A stretch of 64,000 nucleotides of DNA, from positions 305,461-369,460 of the forward strand of contig NMRA01000007.1 in assembly GCA_002633005.1 (NCBI GenBank). Reading direction: 5' to 3'. The notes beneath the pieces were generated by a model, which saw only the letters and a program-made list of their open reading frames with translations, made no database searches and had not been told where the DNA came from. The DNA is from Phoronis australis (taxonomy: Eukaryota > Animalia > Phoronida). Positions within the stretch are counted from its first letter, which is position 1. Every line of letters starts with the position of its first letter. Position numbers and translations under genes: made by a program. Positions 12,207-26,200 of this stretch are shown here, in pieces.

Positions 12207-15200
12207 CTAGATTGGCTTATAAAGCAGAGTGGTGACGTACTTCTTTCTGTATCGATGTGTTGCGCTTAGTACCATTACACCGTCCTATGAATGGAAAATG
12301 TATTATTTTAAATGCGAACATGGAATACTTTCTAGAACAAAAACCAATCCTAAATTTGCCTGCACCTCAGAAAGTCCTTGGCACGTGAATGCCTTGGTCA
12401 TTTTTTGCATGAACTAAAAATTATGTTTGCCCTAAAACTCCTATAAAATTGGATCCAACCTGACCCAGAAATTTTATAACAGTTAAGAGATATCTCACCT
12501 AAGTAAAGGGCTGAGTGTAAGAACTGCAAGGCGTACTACAGAACTTTGTCCAGGTTGGGCGAACATTACTTGCATGAGTCTGACTCAAGCAAGTTAATAT
12601 AATGTGTATTTACTCATAGACTGTATTCACACACAATGACCATCTTTATTAACAAGTTTAATGGACTGTGTGTCAGTAAAAATAGAAGATTGTGAAAACT
12701 GTCTAAGCCATCACCAGGCAACAACCTTTGGTAAAACAGGCTCCACGAGACTCAACGCAAACATTCACTTAAAGAAACAATTTCTTATTTAATATTTTTT
12801 CATTTCAACAGTACGAACAAGAGTAATGCGGGTTGAGAATTCTCTTACCTAGCTTAAAATCACTTGATAGTTGAAAACAGGCAAAGTATATCATCAGTCT
12901 CGAAGCTTTTTTAAAATGCAGAAAACACGATACAAACTTATAATAATAAATTGTGCTGAGCTTTCAAATGGAAAAATCAAAATAGCACTCACCTTTATTG
13001 ATAGTGCATACAAGTGATTCAACATGACGTGATTTGGTTCAGGCAGAAGGGTAGGTTCACACTGCAGATGAAATAAGAAATGTCCCATTAGTCCACTGTA
13101 ACTGAAGTAATATCACGCACAACAATGACAACACAAAAGAAGACCTGACCGTCACAAAACACTTTGCAATGAGAAAATCGAAAACAAAAAACGTTCACTG
13201 TCTCACAACACAACGTCCATCTAGTATTATTTGAATGAATCCAGGTGCAAAAATCATGTCAGGTAGAGCTTGGTCGCATAAGAGTTCCCCGATACCAACT
13301 TCCAAAGGGAAAAACGCGTCACCCCTTGAGAAAGTCAAGTCCATGAAAACGGTTCGCACAACACATGTTTGTATCTTGTTAGTAGTTTGGGGATTCTCCA
13401 ATAATTTAACACACTCAGCTCATAACACATCCCTAATATTATTTGGAAAAATAATACTTTGTCCTCACTTATTTCGCATGAGGTTACATGGTCGTAATTT
13501 CCTGTCTCACCTAATTCGCACATAGCAAGTTTCCAAGCAAAGCAGTATGGTTAATCCTTTTTGACTGCGTTAATAAGGTCTCATCACTGTTTATTCACCA
13601 CTTCATCCATCCATCCATTCATATGGGATACATCATAGTGTTGCAAGCACGCGGTGATAGGGTTTATTGGCAATGCTCAGTTAATTTCGCACACTCGCCA
13701 ACAACAAAGGCCGTATATTCAGTTCATTTTACACATTCTGACTTAGGAAAAATATATTCAATTTTTTGTGGGAAATAAGGGGACAATTACAGTTACTTGG
13801 GTAGCACTTAATTCGTAATCTCACTTCCCATCTAATGAATGACTTCCACGCTTAATGCATATTGATAGGATTCTATTTACACCACACGCACTTATACCCC
13901 TATATTGAACATGTGTCCACAATTGGCTAGATCAGGGTGTGACATTGAAACACAAAACAGTACACGACAAAAGTAATTGAATAAAATAGTTCTTCCGTTA
14001 CGATGGCTAATTCTGTTAACTGTCATGGTGACGAAAATCTAATTACAGAATGGCTTAGAAAACATTTTCTGTGCAAAAAGTGAGATAATACAAGTCTTCC
14101 TGAGACAACAGTCATGCATTACCAGCACAGCATGTGGTCAGACTGGATTCACTCGCCCATGCCTACTGTCTTTAGAATACACCCCAGATGTCACTAGTAG
14201 TACTCACACAGACACACAACTGTTACTCACATTAATGGCTGTGTCCTTATTCAGAATAACCTGGAGTAGCTGTGGCGGTAGGAGGGGCGGGGCCGAGTGC
14301 TTCTCTTGTGTCTTGCGGACAGGCACTTCCTGAGAGTACTCCCCAGGTGGCGAACCTGATAGGGTAGTGGATGTGGTTGTACCTGCAGGGTCAAAGGTCA
14401 AAGCTATGTGAAGGCATCTTGGGTAAATTTTATTTTCTTGTATTGTGACTTTTCATGTTCAGTAACAAACATTTTGGCTCCGAGCAAATGAACAAAAACT
14501 GCGTCATTTGAACTTCTATGCACTGGCTTTCTGTAAGAAAAAATCTTAGCATTACAATACTGGTTTCAACTTGTTTCTCACTAGTTAGGACATTGCCCCT
14601 AAGTACAGGGAGTGTCTGTTACCAAGTTTCAGGGTGTATATTTGAACAAGGACAAATTATTTTTCAACCTTTTAGTACCCAAAATATAACCAGGGCTTAC
14701 TTTTGGAAAAAGCAGGGTTCCAAACATATGATTTTTTATTTTTAAATCATACCAATCTGCCATTCATTGGGTCACGTGACCATGTCTTTTAAGTAAAGCT
14801 TAAGAAAAAAGAAAGACAAATTCATAACAAAGACAGGGTATCAATAACACGACCAAATTTTGTTTCATAACATGTTCAAGACAGAATCCCCAAAACATTA
14901 AATAACCCTTTTGTTTTTAAGCAACTTTTGAATTTTAATAAAAATTTTGGAAGTTTTCAATAGCCTCTCGTTCCAAAGTGGAACAATTCAAAAACAATTC
15001 CTAGCAGCACTTTAGAGAGCAGTATATAAACTGTGGTACCCAAAAGTTTCAACTGAACTCAATCCATTTCTAAAATATTCTTTGTTTCAAAATAAGACAA
15101 ATTTGGACAGTCATTTTTCTGTGGTCCCACACCACCTTGAAGGGGTACACAGACCATGTACTGCACCGCTTGAGGACAAAAATACTCTAATCTCGCTTAC

Positions 15201-18200
15201 CTGCCAAGCTTCTTTGTTGGCCCACCGCAATACTATCCTTCTCCAAAGCGTCAAAGACTTCAAAGTCGGACTTCTCTACCTTGACTACATTATTCACCGT
15301 GCCTATGTCACTACTGTGAGTTGGCTGGAAAGTACGTAACTTCAACTGAAAGAGTCTATACATTTTCTCGGTGATGTTGAACGAAAGGCGAAGATCACAA
15401 CACTACCTTTGTGTAATAACGGTAACTGTCAACTTCCGTTATGTCCTCTCACTTCCATTATCACCAAATATTTTTTAAAACTTCCACACAATCAAAATAT
15501 ATAGCCTCAATATGGGAAAACATCTAGTAGCTTAAAGCAGCACAAAAAAATTTACAATGACGAGACTTTTATCACAAATTCACAAAAATATTACATACTG
15601 CAGGCGTCTGTGTTTGAGTCGAAGGGAAACGCGTAGCAAGGTGAGCCTGACATCTGAATTGATTCAAATAAAGGAGATATTAGCCACCAATTGATAATTC
15701 AATGATTTCAAGCGTGACCATGATATCATGCAAATATTCTAGCGCCCTACCTCATCATGGTTCACTTGCCACTGACCGTCGACAAAGAACTTGTACTGGT
15801 GTTCACCCGTAGGCAAGTCTATTATGGTGTAGAAATCTCCATGACTACAACAGACAGCAAAAACACGAGTCAACTTTGGCAAACATGCAACTAATAGAAC
15901 TGTACTCCTTTCATGGTCCGGCACCATGTGACCTGAAAATGAAAGGATTGCTCACTTTTTTAATTAATTTAACCAACATTGGCCGGTTATAGTCCATAAG
16001 GATTTTGCTTCCAGAAGTTTGACTTAAAAATCCATCACAAAGACCACCACACACAATCCTAAGAGTTTTATCAGTCTTTGTCTCATATCCATTCTCTTCT
16101 TAAGTTCCACCAAAATCTATAAACTTAAATTACCTTAAACATTGCTAACTGACACAACACACATGCGTGCACAGATGAGTGCACAGTCACGGAATCAAGA
16201 CATCCACTGGTTGGACAGCAACACTGACAAATACCAGACATGACAAATACCAGACATTTTCTACTTTAAGATATGTAGGACCCTAGAAAAAAGTCTAAAT
16301 TTGACTAACTCCAACTTTTGCATGAAGGGCCACTAAAAATAGGACTTTTATGACTTTCTTGAAAAATTCAAAGTAGCATCAAACAAAAACGAAATGATAT
16401 TTTAGAAAAATAACTTGACAGCATTTTTGAGATCTGATCTTGAATATTTATGGCAGATAAAATTTCATCATGTTATTGACACCATTGTTTTGCTATCAGT
16501 GTACAATATCTTTCTTTTTTCCTAAATTTTTGTAAAAAAGTACATATCATCCAGTGAATGGCAGATTTGTAAAAAGTGAAAAATCAAACTCTTTAGAAAG
16601 TATATGTGCTTTTACTGAATAAAAAGCTATAATTTTTATGGCTAAATAAGGTAACCTTAACTACCTAAGCCAAAACAATTGAATTTAAACAAAGAAAAGT
16701 TAAGCATTTCCCACAAGGGAATTACAAAGTTACATAATAACAGATTATCATTTCAACTGACTTTTTCTTATTAAAATGACATAAGCAAAAATTCATTTTC
16801 GAGCCTTAGAAGTGGCCGCCCTATATCAATAAAGGGGCGCCCAATTTTTATACTCGAAAATGGATTTCATGCCTATGTCACTTTAATAAGAATAAGTCAT
16901 TTTAAAAAATAAACTGTTATATTCAGATGCCAGATACCTTTTCACCATGGGTATTTTTGTTTTCCAGTTGTTGAAGCTACCCGAGAGCAAGACTTCCTTG
17001 CCACCGCCCTCCCACTTGAACACAGTGGGTAATTTCTGTGTATAGTTGGGCTCCATAGGTACGGGTCGTCCCGAGCTAAGAGACTGGGCTCTCAGACGCC
17101 CGTGAGGTTCTAAACGATCCACCAGCTGGCCCTGGAAAATCACAGCATAGTTTGTGTTCGCAAAGTTTTTATCAGTGTAACCGATGCTCAACCATCTTGC
17201 TTTGCGTCAACTGTCAACTAAAATGCAAACTGGTGTCAAGAAAATCATCTCAATTGACCATCCGAATTCAGACTAGTTGGGACATCCCTAATATGATTAC
17301 ATGCATGTGAAAAACAATTTGTATCTTAACATCATTTCTGAACAGTATGTTTTCTAACACAATTTGAGGTGTGTCTAAGTTATTATCTGCACAACATATT
17401 TTCGGCACTGGTCCGATATAGTGGTCCCTGATTTAGAGAACCAGGCAATCACTGAATACCAGTCCCGTTATTTAGTGGATGAAACTGGTTCTCTAAATCA
17501 GGGACCGCTATATTCGACCAGTGCCCATATTTTCAGTAAAGTTCCCACAGAAGAAGCATGTCACTAGTTTTACAACCGAAAGAGAAGCTGCTGCTACTAA
17601 CTGATATTTTCACACATTTCACACACAGCACATTTCTGAATGTCTCTAAGCATTCCGGTTCACTTGAATGATGTCAATTAATAATTTACAAGTTGTAAAC
17701 TGTAAGTCATCAAGAAGGTACCAGTTGTCGTAATGTTTGGACATCACGGTCCCTGATTTTAGAATTCATAACTAATGAGGATTATTCACCAGTTGCCATA
17801 TTTAAATTCAGCCTCTGCTACTTATTACATCACTGTAGGTCAGAAACAATGTCAAACAGAAGTCCCCGATACAGAAGCAGTTTCATTCACTGGTTAACGG
17901 GTCCGTTATTTAACGATTGCCTGTTTTCTATATCAGGGGCCACCATATCTGACCAGTGCATTTGCTATCAGTTGCACTAAAAAGTTCTAAGACAGATTCA
18001 AAATGGGGACACGTTTCTATTAACAAATTCTAACTGACATACCCTGAAAGTTCCGGCCTCGAAATCAGCACTGTCATCTAAACTTGGTTGCACATAAAGT
18101 GGTGGTTTCTTATTAGGAACGCCATAATATTCATTGCCAGGTAACATATTTGTTGAAGAATCGCCTGAATTATGCCGCTTCCCTCCTGTAGTATTACCCA

Positions 18201-18201
18201 T
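12207..18201 (-). CDS. PRKAB: AMP-activated protein kinase regulatory subunit beta, 7 coding exons, 289 aa
   Basis: Minus-strand exons 18201-18043, 17131-16938, 15844-15751, 15324-15201, 14382-14231, 13061-12993, 12284-12207, total 870 nt, phases consistent. MGNTT myristoylation start; glycogen-binding CBM48 (PTVFKWEGGGKEVLLSGSFNNW..LPTGEHQYKFFVDGQW); SPPGEY; ASC domain (PPLLPPQLLQVILNKD..CEPTLLPEPNHVMLNHLYALSIKDGVMVLSATHRYRKKYVTTLLYKPI*). Confidence 0.97.
17404..17525. mobile_element. Foldback MITE with 9-bp TSD (Mutator/MULE-like) in PRKAB intron 1
   Basis: About 40-bp TIRs GGCACTGGTC..GGTCCCTGATTTAGAGAACCAG / CTGGTTCTCTAAATCAGGGACC..GACCAGTGCC, flanked by CATATTTTC at 17395-17403 and 17526-17534. 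Diverged relatives at about 17862-17959 and 47550-47650. Confidence 0.8.
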
Positions 18202-18580
18202 GGTTGCACTTCAACTGTTCGCCAGTCAAAGGAAAACACGAACGAACGAAAGTTGTTTACTTTGTTGCAAAAGAAGACCAGTTTCTCAAGTCACGTGCGC
18301 CAACGTCGTCGCTTTAAGTCTTTTTAGAGGCAAACGAGTCACTTAAAGAATGCTTAAGTCATTGACCGACACACTTAATGCACATTTGTAAAATATTTGA
18401 CACACATTTAACATATTAATCGATTTTCAAGGAACAATACAACGTCAACTTGTCTTGTTTTCAATCTTCGCAGAAAAACAGGAAATCTCACTTTGCACAT
18501 GCGCAATCTTTGTTGTACAACTAACGGCACCAAGCGACAATGCATCAGATCATGTGACTTGGAACGGAAGATGTCAGGTT
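18202..18580. promoter_or_regulatory. Probable bidirectional promoter between PRKAB (-) and TECPR2 (+)
   Basis: Head-to-head genes; locally CpG-richer. TTGTTTAC 18253-18260, GTCACGTG 18290-18297, TGCACATGCGCA 18494-18505, TCATGTGAC 18550-18558. The TECPR2 ATG exon has an acceptor (ttccag, 20206) 1 nt before the ATG, implying an upstream non-coding exon; candidate donor cag|gtt at about 18577. Confidence 0.5.
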
Positions 18581-20207
18581 ATTGAAAATTTCAAGTTCCC
18601 TGTAATTGTTAATTGTGCAATGTTGTTGTTCTTGAATTTGCATTTTGTGGCGTTCGTCAGTGGTGAAGTGACGAAAGAGATGTTAAAATATACTTTCATT
18701 TCATTTCGACTACTATCAGCTAAAGTACTAGTGTCTATGCCAAGGCAAGACGAAACCTTCAGTAAAAAAAGCCAATTGTCTTTTTGCTATGTAGTATGTA
18801 AACTCTAGTGGGAACCAATATGGTTCCTGGGGTTAGCCTATATGTCTGCCGAGTGTACAGTACTGCAGTCAAAAGCTCCACTTAAGGGAAATATAAAATT
18901 CATATCATAATTTTAATTACTTTGATTAAAATTATCATGAATTAAAAGTGAAGCTAGCAAGTAAAATATAAAATAGAGTCTTTTTTGTTTTTTGTATTTG
19001 TTGGATTATCAATACTGTTCCAGGCATTCCATAAATGCACTAACTCTTTTGAACAATGGAAATTTCATGAATAAGTCCATGCAGCAGAACAGTCTGGCGA
19101 ACGTGCGACGGTGCTAAAAATGTTCATACAAAAGTCTTTCTGTAGCGATCAATCGTTATGTATATGCTAACGGTTTGTAGTGTATGTGAACTGTATAAAC
19201 TGATTAAAATCAGTTTATTTTACTGACAAAGTTGTAAATCACACATTGACCTATGAAATAACACTGAACATTTTATTGGGTGAATAGTAAAAATACGCTT
19301 ACTTGGCAGTCTTTGTCAGGCAAATAGTCACTTTTGTTCTTCTGCATTGAATATTGCCTTGATGACTTTGTCATCAGTTTCCTGGTTCTGAGGAAGTGAC
19401 GCCTGTCTCTTTGTCTTGGCAGTGAAGGAAGTATATTGTGTCTGTCAGGATGAATATAATTTCAGTTAAGGAAAACATGTATCTGTTTTTGTTGTTGAAA
19501 ATCGTATTCTGGATAACAAGTCTTCCTGTAGAGCATATTGTATTAGCTTTTTGGCAAAAAATGATTTGTGCTTGGTACCATTAAAAAATATGTGTATTTA
19601 ATCAACTTGTTCCTTACTCGAATTATTGTCATAAAATCGTGCCATTTTAATATATAAATATGGCAGAAAAATGAAATTTAATCTTTTATATTTTTTCTAA
19701 AAAGACAAGTGAAAAAAGACCAAACTTGGAAATAATTTTTGTAAAAAAATTGGTGAGTTTTATGGCTTAGTCTTGATTTGTGGGCCTGCTTCTGCAAGTG
19801 TGCTTGTTCCTGTAAGTCACTTTATGAGCTACAGATGGCTTCTAGCAATAGCTATCAGTTCTTCCGTAGACCATAAGGCAGTTCCAGCTGGAGTGAAGGC
19901 AGTTATGTAACAATAGCAGGCTACCCGAACAAGACGGGACACAGACTTGTGAACACGGCTTGCGGCCCTGTATACCCTGCTCATTGATTTACAAACACAG
20001 CCCTGCGCTCATAAAACAAGGTTTACGCATGTACACAGAAATGCGACTCTCTAGCTGACTTATATAATTAAGAATCTCGTGTCAGGGAAGAGTGCATAGG
20101 CTGTGTTTACAAGATTGCGAGCTGTGTTTGTATCATTTTTCAAGTAGGCACAGTTTTCATTTTGTTGATTATGCCTAATGATAGTCTATTCAATATCTTT
20201 TTCCAGA

Positions 20208-23200
20208 ATGACTAGTCCAGAAGCAGAGCAGCTGAAAGAGTTTGAACCCTTAACACAATTACTTTCCAATATACCAACCAGAGGACAGAGAGGTTTTTAT
20301 ACTTACGACTTAGAGTTAACTTGCATTGATGTGTCACAGGATTTCATTGTTCTTGGATCCAATGCAGGAACTGTGTTCTTGTACCACAGAGGAAAGGGAA
20401 CCACGCAAAGACTTCACTGTGAGGTATGAGTTCTGTTTGTTGCCTGCAACAGTTTTGACTACGGTATAGATCGCAAATATTGCGTTGAAGGTGCGCCATC
20501 TAGACATCTAGGAGACGTCTCTGGACAGCTGATGTATTATCTCCAGGTAACTGGGGTGCTGCTCAACCTTGTTGTCTTTTCGACATTTGTCGGGGCACTG
20601 CCTTGTTACTGCGAGCTTGAAAAAATACTGCACTTTTTGTACTTTTTGAGTTTCGCTATTTAAAAAATTGGGAAAGTTCTAAATGAGGGAGTGGGCTTTT
20701 AGCCAAACTTGGGCCTTTAAGAACAAAAATTTTGAGAATTCAGACGTGAGCACTTCCTGGAGCGATTAAGCTACATTTATGTTTGACTTGACGTGCTGAC
20801 GTAACTGATGTTCCAACAGCTGATTGTTATTACAATTTATCAAGACTTAGTGTAGTTACAGTAAAATGTTCTAATTACAATTTATCAAGACTTAGTGTAG
20901 TTACAGTAAAATGTTCTAATTACAATTTATCAAGACTTAGTGTAGTTACAGTAAGATGTTCTTATTACAATCAGTCAAGTGTAATTTTACTGTTACAGTA
21001 ACATGTTCTAAGACATGTTGCATCACAAAGCGCTCTCCTGCTTGTATGAGAAGCCATACAAAGACGGAAGATCAAATTTCGAGCATCATGCAACATTTCA
21101 TTGTGAGAGCATGAAATGATTTTTGGCTCGACTCGATTTCAAATTCTGGTGTGTGAGACTGACTGAGTCAAGAAAGACGAAATATCATTTTATTTCATTC
21201 AGGCATTTACTTTTTGAGATTTTGGATTATTTTGCGTGAATCATTTGATTACGCCACACCATAAAAGTTGTAATTTCAGCAATATGATAATTGAAAGAAT
21301 TAATCTCATAACATTTATGGTAAAATCTCGCCAATTTCGGACAAAAATAATTACCAAAATTGCTCTTTTTCAGTTTTCAAGTGCTTCTAATATTGTTTTG
21401 AAAAGTCTTTTTTTTCAAAACATCTCGTAGTGGCTCCGATATAGCATCAGTTTAGTGCGATATATCTTTTAAGGGGAAAATGATGGTGAGATTTTACCAC
21501 AATCTTCATTCAAAATGAGGATGAACTGTACTTAAATGCCGTCTAGCGACATAGCTTATCTCATTGTGTGGTGGCCATATTAGAAAGCCTCTGTACCGTG
21601 TGCTGTCATTTTTATGCACTTGTTTGTTTTTTGCAGCCTAAACACAAGACCGTCACGTGTGTGAAGGTTCAACAATGTCTTGACGACCTGATAGCTGCTG
21701 GTCTTCAGTCAGGAGATGTCTGTGTGTTCCAGCTACCTTCTGACCTTCCTGGAAGGTCTAGACACGTAAGATTAACTTCCTTGCACTAAAAGTATTCAGT
21801 TCTCATATCTATGCGTTCTGATTTATCATTCTTCACATTTACCCAGAAGGTGCACACAAACGGAGCACGTGTACTGTAGAATGTTTTCCTGTTAAAAATC
21901 GTTTTGGTTGGTACTTTCGATGCATGTGTGAACTCCTTACACTTTTACAACCAATGCCATCTATTGTCTTGCTTTTTGCTTTTTATATCCTACAACAATT
22001 CATTTCCTAAATGCAAACTTTAATTAATAATTATAATTGATAACTCTTGTGCACCTGATTAACATCAGCCACAAACGTATTGATAACGATGACCTTCTTC
22101 AAGAACTGATTGAGTGGTCCATTACAAAAGTGCATCGCTTAGTTTCAACTCCAAACCACAACTGTTTCCAAATCCAGTTATTAAGCTTGTCATTGTTAAG
22201 TATTCTTATATTTCTTTTGCACTGCATCTGGACCCAGACTCCAATTATCAACCATACATTGAGCCTGTCTGTGGATTGAAATAATAGTTCAACGTCAAAT
22301 GAAATTGTTTATGGCTTATTTTTAATTCAGTTTCAGAAGCAAACGGTCAGTCATAAAAATTCAGTAGTTTCAGTACATTATATTGCAATTGATTTCATGC
22401 TGTCTTTTACTGCTGTAAAGCCATTGCTAACGTGGTAATTTTCCTGTTTCACATAAATCAATGTTCATGATAAGGTGATGTGATGATGCCAGTGGTTCTT
22501 GTACAAATCTATTGACAAAGTACACGGGTGGAGCTTCTAATGAAAGATAACACTATGTTGCCACTCGTGGCATGTGCACATAACAGCCTAACAGAATTTG
22601 TTGAATACACGACACTTTTCATTTTTCACGGTCTTTATTCCATTGCGTTCATACTTTCTGAACAAAACTCTACTCTCTACTGAACATAGATATCGTGTGT
22701 CTTTTTAATTATGTCGCTAGGTCAGTTACTGTATCTATGTTCAGTAGAGAGTAGAGTTTTGTTCAGAAAGTATGAACGCAATGGAATAAAGACCGTGAAA
22801 AATGAAAAGTGTCGTGTATTCAACAAATTCTGTATAACAGAAAACTTGCTCCCGAAGTACAGTCATAACAGCCTAACTAAACCTCTTATTTTAATGACGT
22901 ACATACTACTAAGGTATGAACAGAGAGGCCTAATTCATTCATGTGCTTAGATTACTAGTCATCTGTAATACATGATGCCATAGAAAACAAAAGCTGGCAA
23001 ATGTTTGAGTAACAGTCTGATGTAAGGTGTCTGCATTTTGAGAACCTGCTTTCTCCACTCAGTAATGGGCATCAACTGTTTCTCAAAGTGCGGGCACGTG
23101 ATATCAGTCCGTTGCCATTGTTTGCTATTGCGTTGAGTTGTTGGCTAGCAATTTCCATTGTGCTGACGTTTTAACGGGTTTGCTAACTTGAATCTGGGGT

Positions 23201-26200
23201 TGGTCTAACCACTTATTGTGTTGTAGCTGCGACAATTCAAGGTGTCTGGGAACCACCAGAGTCCCATCTCCTGCTTGGAGTTCAGTAGTAATGGAGTGAA
23301 GCTGTTTTCAGGAGACAACGATGGGTTGATTTGCCTGACTGAGTTACATCTTGATGAAGTGAGTGATAGTCTTAGTAAAGTTGTGTCATGTTAAAGTTGT
23401 TGACTCGTATTCTTTGAGCAACTCTCTTGCATTGTGTTGTAATTAAGTGGATTTCATACCATCCAGCTAATTGTAAATGTCTGTGTATCCTTCATCAGAA
23501 TATACGGTTACACGCAATGTTTAGAATTTATATTGGATTAATACCTGCAACTTGAAATAGCTGTTACGGTATTAAGCAAGTCTGTGTTTTGCCACATGTC
23601 TGCAAAACTATTGACTTCTTTTGGTAAAAGTAAACACTTTTGAAAAATAAATGTGATTTATTTAAACTTAGGAGGAAAAAATGACAATAATGGGGGTATG
23701 AAATGCAGCTTTATTCTGCAGAAGTATAAATAAAACTTATAAAATCACTGGCTCTTCCTTAGGTAAGTGAAAAATTTATGATGACTACACGCAGGTATGC
23801 ATTAATGGTATAAAACGGAGACAAATTTAAATAAGCAGAGAGAACATGGAAATCAGATATAATGACCCATGTATCCCATGTACATGACTTTTGTTTAGAA
23901 TTTCGTGTTTGGTGTCAAATTTTAAAGACAGATGCCTTAATAGAAAAAAGCACAGAACACTTTCATGCAACATTTGCCACTACTGTGTGGCGTTGTATCT
24001 CTGTCAAAAGATTTATTTAAAAACGCCTCCACTTTGTAAACGTTTCTCTGTATTCTACCTGATCTGCAATGAGGGACATTCTCGTTTTCCAGAGTAAATG
24101 CCTGTCCTCCATTCTTCATAAGGAAACTCAGAGCATTGTTCAGCTGCAATATAACTATTTCACATTGCTGGCGTCAACGAAGTTGAGAACGGTACTGTGT
24201 AAAACTGACAATGGCAATACAACAGTTGTGCAAGTGGGGACAAAGGACAGGAAATGGTAGGATACCAGAGCAATTGTGAATTAAGTTATTTTTTAAATTA
24301 AGGTGGTATTTGCATGTGCTAGCTTCATTTATGGAAGGAACTGCGAAGTGGTGTTATTTTTAACATATCCTAACTTAAAGGTACTGATCAGTAGTTCCTG
24401 TCGTAGATAATAGGGCCGTCCAAGATTACATGACTACAGAACTCAACTTTATCCAGGAGATGAGAAAGCCTGTGACCTAGTTTTGAAAATAAGGCACATT
24501 TTTTGTGTCTATCATTGATGTCAGGAAGGCGAAGAATTTCAGGTCACACACCCATGGGTATTTGTCCAGTTTATCAATTTTTTTCATGTTGGAAGTTGCA
24601 GCCCACAGCACAGCAGTAATACTTTGTATTGGAAGGATGAATAGAGTAATCCAACAGAGAAAATGTTGTAAAGAATCAGACAACAACAAATAACATGTGA
24701 AACTCCATGGCACGAAAACGAGGCAGCTAATGTGCCTGTCATTGTGGGCAAATACTGTGAGATTCGAGTGTCGGTATGTCATCCGGGATGGCCCTATTCT
24801 TAAATGTTGAAATAAAAAGTGCAAAAAGATGACTCTTCCTTTTACAGCATTCCTCGTATCACCTGTGACATGCAGTGTTATTTCGAACCTGAATGTTACA
24901 CTACTGCCTAAACTGACTGAACAGTGTTTTTCCAGTCCACTACTCTGACTGAACATGGGTTTAGGATTTGTGTTGGATTTTTTCTACACAAAAACATTTT
25001 TGAAAAACGTTGAGCAACTTACATGCCAATATGTATTTGTACTGTGACAGTAAGTTGTTTATCATGGTGACTTGTGCAATCACTTATATACAAAGATGAG
25101 TGTTTGGAATACAAATCGTTTAAAGGTCTTATGAAAATTTGAAATGTCTTGAACTTGTGTGTGCTTATACTTCTGTAATAAATTTCTTTTCATACATGCA
25201 AAATACCAGGTGTTTTTTTTAATAGCCATTGTCATCTGCCAAGCTAGTTATTGCTTTCCATTTTTGCCAACTCACAGTTTTATCAATGTTTCAAGAGATA
25301 TCACAGTACAAACGTTTTGCTTTGCAGTCCTGGTCCGTTTGGTGGTTGCTACAAAAATAGTCAGTGTAAAGCAAGCGAAGCCCAGCTCTACGCATCGAGA
25401 CCTGGCTTCAGAGTCTGGCTAGCATCCATTGATGGTGTGGTCTCAACCACGTTTATGTTCAAAGACTTTGTTATGAAGGCTGTGGTCAACATTCCCCTTA
25501 CACAGTCTGTGACACAGGTTGTGAACCTGGCCAGTGCAACTGACAAACAGTTCGGTCCATTGTTGAATTTAGGGGAGGACAAGTTGGTGACTTGGAATGG
25601 CAATGAAGTGTACGTGCTCAACGTTAGTAACCAGAGTCTGGTGGCCTGCACTGGTAATATTGGACCTCTTGTGTCAGTGGCGGTGCATAAAAATGAACTG
25701 TTTATCTTACGCATGGGCCTCTGGGACAGGCGAGTCATTAGAGTCTCTTCAACACCTGAGGTGAAGCCTGTTATAGGTATGGGAATTTTTTGTTGTTTTT
25801 TTCTTGTTCTAGAAGAGTTAGTATGATGTACTGTGCGTGAGAAGTCAACTGGAATTCCGCAAAAACATTTTATTTTAACCATAATCTACGTGTGTTAATT
25901 AAGAACATAGTTTAGCTCGGTCTTATAAAGTAGTTTTGGTAAATAGTTTGTGAAAATATATCAGTAACAGCAAAGCAAAAACTGTATTGGCGAAAAACAA
26001 ATGCAAATACAAGACTGCGGTCAAAGGTCAGTATAACAAACCGCAAGTTCAAAACTGATTGAAACACTTTGGTGGATGGCAGATGTGTTTCTACTTAAAA
26101 GAGCATCTCTGACCACAGTTTTTGGACAGGTCTGAGTATTGTGGCATCCTTAATGCCAATTTTATTTTTTGCCTGTGGCTCAATATCTACCACATTCTTT

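Noticed and set aside
13410-13530. Similarity to about 57520-57600 suggesting a shared regulatory element
   Set aside because: More simply a fragment of an old interspersed repeat; ends could not be defined.
20208-25776. Calling the WD40 gene HPS5
   Set aside because: The N-terminal propeller is shared, but the downstream tectonin repeats and terminal LIR in frame identify TECPR2.
24477-25882. Longer minus-strand ORFs (159 and 164 aa)
   Set aside because: One overlaps the THAP-relic element and the other is the antisense shadow of a TECPR2 exon; neither is an independent gene.
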